Below are positions 1 to 6,756 of a DNA stretch of 47,274 nucleotides, one piece after another. The stretch covers positions 1 to 47,274 of the forward strand of contig DATKNI010000036.1 of NCBI GenBank assembly GCA_035541415.1, read 5' to 3'. How positions within the stretch are numbered: position 1 is the stretch's first letter; each line of letters starts with the position of its first letter. A program made the translations under genes and the position numbers. A model generated the notes under the pieces. The model did no database searches and was not told the origin of the DNA. It was given only the letters and a program-made list of their open reading frames with translations. This stretch comes from Minisyncoccota bacterium (lineage in GTDB: Bacteria; Patescibacteriota; Minisyncoccia; UBA6257; 2-01-FULL-56-20).

Positions 1-50
1 TTGTTGGAGCGCGTTATTTTTCTCCGGCTTTCTGATAAAATAGAAAGGTA

Positions 51-683
51 ATGTCGCTCAAAAAGATTTTATCCGTCATCGCGCTCGTCGATCTTGTCCT
101 CGCCTTGATCGCATACTTTGTGGTCTTCTATAACACGCCCGGGACGTATGTGGTCGCCAACTCCCCGCTTCCCACGACGAGCACCGTTCTTTCCACATCG
201 ACTGCGGCGACGGCATCCGGCACGGCACCATCGAGCATCCCGACGAGCACGATCTCGATCGGCAGCGGATCAGGCACGGCATACGACACGGAATTCACGC
301 CGCCCTATCCTTTGAATTGGCAGGAAAGCGGCGCGACGATCTCCGTCATGGGCGCAGCGCTCCAAGGGAACCAACTGACGCTCAAACTCGCCGTCGCAAT
401 GGGTAACGCCATGGCCTGCATCCCGCTCAACCTCCGAATGCTCGTGGACGAAGAAGGCAATCTCGCCGCGCCGCTCACGCCGCAATTCACGTTCCCCGAA
501 ACCGATTCCTGCAACGGCTCGCCGGGCGCAACCTATACCGACCAGCAAGTCGTCTTTGGCGTTGATCCGACGGCGATGCCTTTTTTCTTCACGACCGGCG
601 GCGCATCGAATATTTATTTTGAAGTCACGACCAGTTCGAACAACGGCCTCGCCGTATTCCAGCCGAGCGCGAACGGGCAGTAA
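51..683 (+). CDS. Hypothetical membrane-anchored exported protein (N-terminal TM helix, Ser/Thr linker, beta-rich domain with 2 Cys)
   Basis: 210-aa ORF with a hydrophobic N-terminus (ILSVIALVDLVLALIAYFVVFY) and a TTSTVLSTSTAATASGT linker; TGA-TAAAAT at 33-41 upstream. Confidence 0.8.
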   Translation: MSLKKILSVIALVDLVLALIAYFVVFYNTPGTYVVANSPLPTTSTVLSTSTAATASGTAPSSIPTSTISIGSGSGTAYDTEFTPPYPLNWQESGATISVMGAALQGNQLTLKLAVAMGNAMACIPLNLRMLVDEEGNLAAPLTPQFTFPETDSCNGSPGATYTDQQVVFGVDPTAMPFFFTTGGASNIYFEVTTSSNNGLAVFQPSANGQ

Positions 684-740
684 TTCGGCAGCTTGAAATA
701 TCGCTCGCTTTTGATACACTAGTAGACGTTAGTTTAATAT

Positions 741-812
741 TCCGCGATAGCTCAATGGTAGAGCGGCGCCCTGTTAAGGCGATGGTTCCAGGTTCGAGTC
801 CTGGTCGCGGAG
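741..812 (+). tRNA. tRNA-Asn (GTT)
   Basis: Acceptor stem TCCGCGA/TCGCGGA, D arm GCTC..GAGC, anticodon loop CTGTTAA (GTT at 773-775), T arm CCAGG-TTCGAGT-CCTGG, discriminator G; CCA not encoded. Confidence 0.97.
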
Positions 813-820
813 CAAAAAAC

Positions 821-847
821 GGGCATCGCCATTTTTTGGCAATGCCC
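821..847. terminator. Hairpin downstream of tRNA-Asn
   Basis: GGGCATCGCCA / TGGCAATGCCC inverted repeat with a T-rich loop and an upstream A-run. Confidence 0.5.
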
Positions 848-873
848 ATATTCGAAAAATCAACCAAGACTAT

Positions 874-1407
874 GTGCGAGACGCTTGCGTTCGGCTTCTC
901 GCTCTCGTATCCATTTGGCTTCACTCTCGTTACGGAGCGACTTCACAACCCCAGACTGGCACCGCCTATCAAATCCCTTTATCGCTCACGCCGGGAAAAT
1001 ACGAGATTGCAATTGAAAATTGCCTCGGAAAGGGATGTGTCGATTATCCCTTGGGATGGTTCACGGTTACCGTCGCAAATTCATCTTCAGTGCCGACCAT
1101 AAAATCCATCCATCCTCAAGTTATTTCATGGAGCAACGCAGCCGGTTCAGTTCTCACAATATCTGGCACAAATTTTTCTTCGTCTGGAAATTATATAAGT
1201 ATTTCCGGGGTCAACCCGGATTACGATGTCGTGCCCAATTATTATGCGTATGCGGCATCGCTTAGTTCAACCGACACCAAAACTATATCATTGCAGATAT
1301 CCACTGACACCATGTCGGAATTGGAATCAGGAGGAGTAAATTCATTTGCCGTGACCGTATCCAATTCGATGGGAACGAGCAACAGCGTTATAGTCAAATT
1401 ACAATAA
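874..1407 (+). pseudogene. Probable 5'-truncated fragment of an exported protein with an IPT/TIG-like Ig domain
   Basis: AT-richer ORF; VPTIKSIHPQ..GSVLTISGTNF..VTVSNSMGTSNSV resembles IPT/TIG; no signal peptide, RBS or convincing start. Confidence 0.45.
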
Positions 1408-1587
1408 AGCTATTCTGTTCCTATAGCTCAGACCGTCCCAATCCGGAGGCGCGATTTATGTTCTGTGGTTTATTAGGTCTTAATGTTGCATACATAGGCG
1501 TACAGGCGTATACTAGATATGGCGCTTGGAGGGCTTGGCCCTATCACGGTCAATGTTTTCCAAACCGTAACCAAGTGCCGTCAAAGG

Positions 1588-1616
1588 GCACCGCGAGAGC
1601 GGCGCTTTTTGTTTTT
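1588..1616 (+). terminator. Rho-independent terminator
   Basis: GCACCGC-GAGA-GCGGCGC followed by TTTTTGTTTTT. Confidence 0.6.
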
Positions 1617-2091
1617 AGTCCTCACTCGGCTTCCCATTGTGAAGCAATCTCTTACCTGTAATTTTATCCATCTTCCAGAACGGAATGATGCTCCAAAAAT
1701 ACTTCGGTCCATTTTCGACTTGTTTCACGATAATTCTTACCCGCACATCTCTAACAACTGCCACAAATTCAAAATAGGTTGCCGTTCGCATGACGATTTC
1801 CCAGCGATTGTGGGTTTTCTCACGCTCAAAACCTTTCCGCATCGAAATACCCTGTAAGGTATGGGAGGATTGGATGATCTTAGGAGCTAAAGATATCAAC
1901 CTAAAACGAATATATTGATCGCGATGCGATCGAGCTTGCCGTATCGCCTTAAACTTAATATGCTCAATCCCCTTCGCGTTAAAAATGACTTTTTCTTGGA
2001 GGTAGGGACACCATACCTCTCCGATGGTTTTATAAAAACTCTCAGCCTCATCTCGCGCCTTTTCAAATTTTACCTCATCAACATCATTCAT
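1615..2091 (-). CDS. Hypothetical protein, possibly a BECR-fold (Barnase/EndoU/colicin/RelE-like) ribonuclease
   Basis: Basic ORF; start moved to ATG 2091 (TATGGT 8 nt upstream); pattern VIFNAKGIEHIKFK..R..D...R..L...II and a beta-rich C-terminus; family call is recollection only. Confidence 0.6.
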   Translation of the reverse strand: MNDVDEVKFEKARDEAESFYKTIGEVWCPYLQEKVIFNAKGIEHIKFKAIRQARSHRDQYIRFRLISLAPKIIQSSHTLQGISMRKGFEREKTHNRWEIVMRTATYFEFVAVVRDVRVRIIVKQVENGPKYFWSIIPFWKMDKITGKRLLHNGKPSED

Positions 2092-2213
2092 GCCTAATGA
2101 CCATAGGGCATGCCGCAATGGATTTCAATCCAAAACTACAGTGAATAGGACGACGAGCTTCTACTTTCCTATCACATAGCGGTTCGAACATCCTCCACCC
2201 GCCGGAGCAAAAG

Positions 2214-2242
2214 TTGACGACATTGAGAGAATTGCGCATTAT
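2214..2242 (+). promoter_or_regulatory. Putative sigma70 promoter for the 2312 small ORF
   Basis: TTGACG (2214-2219) - 17 nt - CATTAT (2237-2242). Confidence 0.45.
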
Positions 2243-2311
2243 ATCTGCAGCGCGAGTAGTACTCGCGACTTCACGCACAAGGAAGCTAATTCAGCAATCG
2301 AAAGGAATCCC

Positions 2312-2449
2312 GTGGACGAATACGATAGCGGCGACTGTCTTCCTCCGCGAAAGCGATTAAGAGCTAGTACGATGATCTGGGTCGGGATGGGAATTCTTGC
2401 AGTTGTCATCCTTGCCATACTAGATTTCCTCGGAACCGCTCCGCGGTAG
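2312..2449 (+). CDS. Small single-pass membrane protein (45 aa), absent from the ORF track
   Basis: SD AAAGGA at 2301-2306, GTG start, MDEYDSGDCLPPRKRLRASTMIWVGMGILAVVILAILDFLGTAPR, TAG at 2447-2449, terminator follows. Confidence 0.6.
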   Translation: MDEYDSGDCLPPRKRLRASTMIWVGMGILAVVILAILDFLGTAPR

Positions 2450-2463
2450 TCGGTGAGAACAGC

Positions 2464-2497
2464 AAACCACAGGCAGAAATGTTCTGTGGTTTTTTAT
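2464..2497 (+). terminator. Rho-independent terminator
   Basis: AAACCACAG...CTGTGGTTT plus T-run. Confidence 0.65.
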
Positions 2498-2610
2498 TCC
2501 ATTGGGATTTTAGCCCCCACCCGCCGGAGCTGATTATATCTGACGACGAGGTGGTCGTCATTTTCCTCGTTGTCCCTCCTTATAAATCATCTCATCCATG
2601 TAAAACGGCG

Positions 2611-2638
2611 TTGACGTGCGTCCAACTCGTGATAATCT
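2611..2638 (+). promoter_or_regulatory. Putative sigma70 promoter with extended -10
   Basis: TTGACG (2611-2616) - 16 nt - TAATCT (2633-2638) preceded by TGA. Confidence 0.55.
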
Positions 2639-2664
2639 GCAATATAGCTGTTTAGGAGGATGCT

Positions 2665-2856
2665 ATGTCTGGACCCAAATCTGAAACGCACGAAGAAACG
2701 AATATCATCGAGCGAGAGTTCACTGGGGGTTCGCATCATCGAACCACCATCAGCGGAGACGAAGGCAGCGTCTCGAGAACGGGCAACACTGCCGAAGAAG
2801 CAGAAGCAAATGCAAGTGAGGCCTGGGACAATCTGACGGGAGATGAAGACGACTGA
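2665..2856 (+). CDS. Small acidic protein resembling the HicB antitoxin N-terminal domain
   Basis: SD AGGAGGA at 2654-2660; IIERE..GG.....G.VS..GNTAEEAEANASEAW matches the HicB pattern G.T.EEA..NA.EA. Confidence 0.65.
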   Translation: MSGPKSETHEETNIIEREFTGGSHHRTTISGDEGSVSRTGNTAEEAEANASEAWDNLTGDEDD

Positions 2857-2887
2857 CCGGTGACGATTGAGGCATAATCTTCCAATA

Positions 2888-2930
2888 CCCGCCCGGCAAA
2901 ATCAATTTGCCAAGGCGGGCTTTTTATTTT
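2888..2930 (+). terminator. Rho-independent terminator
   Basis: CCCGCC.GGCAAA / TTTGCC..GGCGGG followed by CTTTTTATTTT. Confidence 0.7.
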
Positions 2931-2947
2931 GATCAGGTAGCAATATG

Positions 2948-2975
2948 AAAAGGGCCAGGATATTGCTCCTGGCCC
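2948..2975 (-). terminator. Rho-independent terminator for the PHP gene
   Basis: GGGCCAGGA-tattgc-TCCTGGCCC with an A-run on the + strand left side. Confidence 0.6.
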
Positions 2976-2987
2976 CGTCAATCAGCC

Positions 2988-4121
2988 TCATTCAACTCGC
3001 GCCATTGGCGCAAGCGATGACTGGGAAAACAGCGGCGCAATCGGACGGGCGAGGACGTTGACGGATCTCAAAACGCCAAGCGTCACGTTGGTGGTTGCAA
3101 TCATACGCGAGTGGCTCTTGGCCACCATATCCGTCACCGGGCGGGTAACGCCGTCGGGACAATGATAGAACACGCGGTCGTGCCAATGGACGCGCCCCGC
3201 GAGTTCCGGATAATCCGCGGTAATCGTTTCGGCGTTTGTGGTGTAACGGACCACGAGAGGCTCGCGGTATTGGGGCATGAGGACGATCCGGCTCTTTTTT
3301 TCTTTTCTGATTTCGGAAGCAAAGTCGTCGAATGTTTCCGCATTGGTAACATTGATCGCGCCGTTCGGTTCAAACCCGTGCCGATCCCCTCCCGCCACGA
3401 GCGGCAGGCCAAAATCGTTCGCAATCGCGAAAACGCGCTGGTTCACCGACCACGGCTGCAGGCCATTGATCTCGAGGGCGTGGACATAGCTCCCGTAGGT
3501 TCTCAAAAAATCGTACACGAGCGACGCGTGAATCTCCCGGCCGATTCTTCCCTGGTCCACAAGCGGATGATTGAGCACGATAAGCGAGTTCGGAAGCGAA
3601 TCAATTTCTGCGAGCGCGTGCCGCAACGCCGCGGCGTCGCCGGGATTCGCGGTCACATTCTTCACCATCGCCAGATAATTGCTTGCTTCGGCTTTGGGAA
3701 GATGATGGACGCCAACGTGGAAAATCGCCGACTCATACGGCACGGTCCACTCGAGCGAGACGATGTCATCGCATCCGGCTATTTCATCGTGATCGGTGAT
3801 CGAGACAAGCGCCTGCATGCCGTGCCGGGCGATCTGCTCGGTTTCAAGCGCATACGCCGCCTCGGGCGAGACCGGCGAGGTCCAATATCCGCGGTCATAA
3901 TCGAGCGGCGTCTTCCATTTTTTCAAAAAGGACGCCTCAAGACGCCGCAAGAGGCCCGTTAAAATGCGCGACCGCGCGAAAGTGCCGGGAAGAAATCCAA
4001 GTCCCTCTTTGGAATTCCACGTGTGTCCATGAAGCGACACGCCTGTTGCAAGGCGCCAATCGTCGCGATCATCCCATGCAGAATGGAATGTCGTCTCCGC
4101 GGTATCCCGCTTAAGAGCCAT
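2988..4121 (-). CDS. PHP-family metal-dependent phosphoesterase-like protein
   Basis: Motifs SLHGHT, ITDHD, HVGVH, LNHP, LEING, GGDRHG. Confidence 0.75.
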   Translation of the reverse strand: MALKRDTAETTFHSAWDDRDDWRLATGVSLHGHTWNSKEGLGFLPGTFARSRILTGLLRRLEASFLKKWKTPLDYDRGYWTSPVSPEAAYALETEQIARHGMQALVSITDHDEIAGCDDIVSLEWTVPYESAIFHVGVHHLPKAEASNYLAMVKNVTANPGDAAALRHALAEIDSLPNSLIVLNHPLVDQGRIGREIHASLVYDFLRTYGSYVHALEINGLQPWSVNQRVFAIANDFGLPLVAGGDRHGFEPNGAINVTNAETFDDFASEIRKEKKSRIVLMPQYREPLVVRYTTNAETITADYPELAGRVHWHDRVFYHCPDGVTRPVTDMVAKSHSRMIATTNVTLGVLRSVNVLARPIAPLFSQSSLAPMARVE

Positions 4122-4157
4122 ATTTCTCTATTATACAAAATCACCCTGCGCGGCGGA

Positions 4158-4970
4158 TCATCCCCGGAACCACCGGCTGAACTGACGGAACAGGCTTTCC
4201 GATTCTCGAGCGCCAATCAGGCGCTTGATCTCGGGAATCTTGAGCGTGGCGGCACGGTACCCATGCGCGGCAATCTCGCGCCCCTTTTGAAAGTCCGACG
4301 ACGTGTACTCGTCGAGGCGCGGAACGATCATGATGTCGCCGTCGCCCGGCGGAACATCGTATCGGGACATAATCCGAATCGATTTTTCCATCACGTCCAG
4401 CATATTTTTTGGCATTTCGTGCGACATCCAATGCGTGAGGTTGACGCCGATGCGGATGTCGGCGCCCATTTCGGCGAGTCCCGACATCGGGACATTTTCC
4501 ACGATCCCGCCGTCAACAAAACATTTATCCCCGATCATGACTGGCGTAAAAATAATGGGGATGGCCGCGCTTGCGCGCACCGCCGCAAAAACGCTCCCGC
4601 TGCGGAAGACAACTTTCTCTCCGTTTCCGACGTCGGTCGCAACGATGGCGAGCGGCATATCGGCTTTCTCGATGCGGCGATCGCCGCCCAAAACATCCTC
4701 GAGAACGTTTGCCAGCGCCTCGTTTGAAATGATGCCGAGCTTTGACGGCAGGAATTTTGAAATAGCCCGCCAGTTTAACTGTTCCGCGGCGGACTGCATT
4801 TTTTCTATGGAGACGCCGAAGGCGTAGCATGCCGCGACGACCGCTCCGGCGCTCGTGCCCGCGATGCAATCAATGGGAATGCCGTGGTCGGCAAAACTTT
4901 GCAGGACGCCGAGATGCGCATTGCCGAGAGCAGAACCGCCTCCAAGCGCCAGTCCGATTTTCTTGGCCAT
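4158..4970 (-). CDS. Patatin-like phospholipase (RssA/NTE family)
   Basis: GGGSALG, GTSAG (catalytic Ser) and DGG motifs. Confidence 0.92.
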   Translation of the reverse strand: MAKKIGLALGGGSALGNAHLGVLQSFADHGIPIDCIAGTSAGAVVAACYAFGVSIEKMQSAAEQLNWRAISKFLPSKLGIISNEALANVLEDVLGGDRRIEKADMPLAIVATDVGNGEKVVFRSGSVFAAVRASAAIPIIFTPVMIGDKCFVDGGIVENVPMSGLAEMGADIRIGVNLTHWMSHEMPKNMLDVMEKSIRIMSRYDVPPGDGDIMIVPRLDEYTSSDFQKGREIAAHGYRAATLKIPEIKRLIGARESESLFRQFSRWFRG

Positions 4971-5043
4971 GCATTCATTATAATCCAGAATGATTGACAG
5001 AGCCTCTCTTTATTGGTAACTAAAAAGTAGTAGGAGGTCCGCT

Positions 5044-5412
5044 ATGGGACATGTGATGAAGGCTCCTATGGACGGCCTGGTCGAAAAATTCATTGCATTT
5101 ACCAAGGTCAGGGCCTATTTCCTCTGGAAAGAACGGGTGGAAAAAGGCCTGCCCGGAACGCCGCTCGGCGACTGGCTTGCGGCGCGCAAGTATATCCGGG
5201 AAACATTTCCCTGGCTCGACGATCATCCTGATGGGAATTTTATTCTCAAACCTATGCTCTACGAGCCCGACATCGACGCGGCGCTCTGTTCGGTCTGCGG
5301 ACACTGCCTCAATCAAGGCGAGCTCTTGAAAGGGAGTGTGCAATGCGACTGTTGCGGCGCCATCATTGGACTCTATCGGGATTTACCCCGAAATAACCTT
5401 GCCCATCCTTAG
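5044..5412 (+). CDS. Hypothetical protein: DUF2934-like N-terminus plus C-terminal CxxC/CxxC zinc ribbon
   Basis: SD AGGAGG at 5032-5037; RAYFLW...G....DWLAA; CSVC...CDCC. Confidence 0.7.
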   Translation: MGHVMKAPMDGLVEKFIAFTKVRAYFLWKERVEKGLPGTPLGDWLAARKYIRETFPWLDDHPDGNFILKPMLYEPDIDAALCSVCGHCLNQGELLKGSVQCDCCGAIIGLYRDLPRNNLAHP

Positions 5413-5434
5413 CTATGAGGATGGGCGCTTTTTA
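5401..5434 (+). terminator. Rho-independent terminator
   Basis: GCCCATCCT...AGGATGGGC then GCTTTTTA, overlapping the stop at 5410-5412. Confidence 0.7.
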
Positions 5435-5463
5435 TTGACTAATGATATTTTCCATGATAAAAT
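5435..5463 (+). promoter_or_regulatory. Sigma70 promoter
   Basis: TTGACT - 17 nt - TAAAAT with TGA extension. Confidence 0.7.
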
Positions 5464-5506
5464 ATCTCTTGGAAATATTGATTTAAAAATACGAAAGGAG
5501 AAGGTC

Positions 5507-6055
5507 GTGACCTGGACAATAATTCTTTGGTGGACGCTCATTGCGTTTGGTATCGTTGCTTGTCTGTCGGGCATCAAACTCATCGCTCATATCTACGTCC
5601 GCCATCAGAATTTGCGGATCAAGAGCATCCTGCACGTCAACCTGTTTGAATGTGCCTCGTGCGAAACTCCCGATGAATATTGGGCGATGATACGCAGACA
5701 GTATAAAGAGCACGATCAGCTACTCCGACGACGGGTGCTGCGTTTTGCCGTCGAGTCGCTCCCGCCTCTCGATGAAACACAGTTCAGAGATGCATGTTCC
5801 GGACTGGAAAAGGTGATCATGCGTCCGCGAACCTTGATCACGATTTACGAACGGAAAGATTTGAAAGTGTCCATATTCTGGCCCATCGTCAGAAAGGTCG
5901 TCACCGATCGCACGATTTTGATTGTGGCGCCGGATATGCTGTCCCTTTCATACAACATCTCCAACCCACCCGAGGCGCTCGTTGCGGACATAAAAGACAT
6001 GTTCGAAGCGAGGGTTAGCATCTCCAATCTCGATTGGGACGCTAAACTATCGTGA
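5507..6055 (+). CDS. Hypothetical protein with an N-terminal TM helix (182 aa)
   Basis: Start reassigned to GTG 5507 behind SD AAGGAG and the promoter; the track's 5336 start would run through the terminator. Confidence 0.65.
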   Translation: MTWTIILWWTLIAFGIVACLSGIKLIAHIYVRHQNLRIKSILHVNLFECASCETPDEYWAMIRRQYKEHDQLLRRRVLRFAVESLPPLDETQFRDACSGLEKVIMRPRTLITIYERKDLKVSIFWPIVRKVVTDRTILIVAPDMLSLSYNISNPPEALVADIKDMFEARVSISNLDWDAKLS

Positions 6056-6086
6056 GAACCGTCCGCGCCGAACGCGGGCGCCATGC

Positions 6087-6120
6087 ATCGCCGTTCCTAA
6101 CGGAGCGGCGATTTTTTATT
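6087..6120. terminator. Terminator between convergent genes
   Basis: ATCGCCGTTCC-taac-GGAGCGGCGAT plus T-run. Confidence 0.6.
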
Positions 6121-6691
6121 CTCTGCTCTTCCCGCCGGTGCGATATAAGTACATGATGACGAGCGACATGCAGAGGTGCCACACGGGGAAAATAAACTGC
6201 GGGATGAAGCCGAAAATTTCGAACGTGATGATAATGATGCTGCCCACCGTTCCCGCCGTGATCGCAAAGAGGAACATGCCGCGGATCATGTCGAATGGGA
6301 AAAAGAAAATGCGGATGCCCAAGGAAAGCCCGAGCGCCCAGATGCATCCGCCCACAAAGCACGCGACGTACACGGCGGATAGGGCATTCTCGGAACTGTA
6401 CGCGGCAAAGCTCACAAAGCCATTCATGCCGAGCAGCCATTGCGCCTCAAGGACCGCCGCATAATATGCCGCAACCGAAACGACGATGAATCCAACGAGT
6501 TTCCAAACGATCGGTTCTTTCAAAACAGCCGGGCCGAACGTTCCGAATGCTCGTTTTGAAAACACGACGGCGAGCGTCGCCCCGAAAATCAATCCGGGGG
6601 CGTACACCCATGATCCCGGCCAATACGTCACGATCGCACTTGTCAAAAGTCCGGAAGCGAATCCCCATACCAGAAACCGAGAATTGTTCAT
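6116..6691 (-). CDS. Hypothetical polytopic membrane protein (~6 TM)
   Basis: 191 aa with several hydrophobic segments. Confidence 0.8.
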   Translation of the reverse strand: MNNSRFLVWGFASGLLTSAIVTYWPGSWVYAPGLIFGATLAVVFSKRAFGTFGPAVLKEPIVWKLVGFIVVSVAAYYAAVLEAQWLLGMNGFVSFAAYSSENALSAVYVACFVGGCIWALGLSLGIRIFFFPFDMIRGMFLFAITAGTVGSIIIITFEIFGFIPQFIFPVWHLCMSLVIMYLYRTGGKSRE

Positions 6692-6756
6692 GCGGGTGGT
6701 GCGAGTGGTTTGTTGTAATGCGCGGCTTGGTGCAGTCGATCGGGATCTATTTGTTA

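Noticed and set aside
755-1102. 115-aa ORF (and 625-924 on the minus strand)
   Set aside because: Overlaps the tRNA-Asn gene and its hairpin; not protein-like.
1416-1431. GTTCCTATAGCTCAG resembling a tRNA 5' end
   Set aside because: No downstream D/anticodon/T arms; too short to support.
1458-1661. 67-aa ORF
   Set aside because: Runs through a terminator and into the opposite-strand gene; no recognisable features.
1458-2492. 14-bp direct repeat ATGTTCTGTGGTTT at 1458 and 2479 as element ends
   Set aside because: The second copy is one arm of a terminator; no transposase or terminal inverted repeats; may be a remnant or chance match.
813-2940. Intact prophage or transposon
   Set aside because: No integrase, transposase or structural phage genes in the window; only scars and small cargo.
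5336-5506. N-terminal extension of the 239-aa ORF
   Set aside because: Spans the upstream gene's end, a terminator and a consensus promoter; GTG 5507 with an SD is better.
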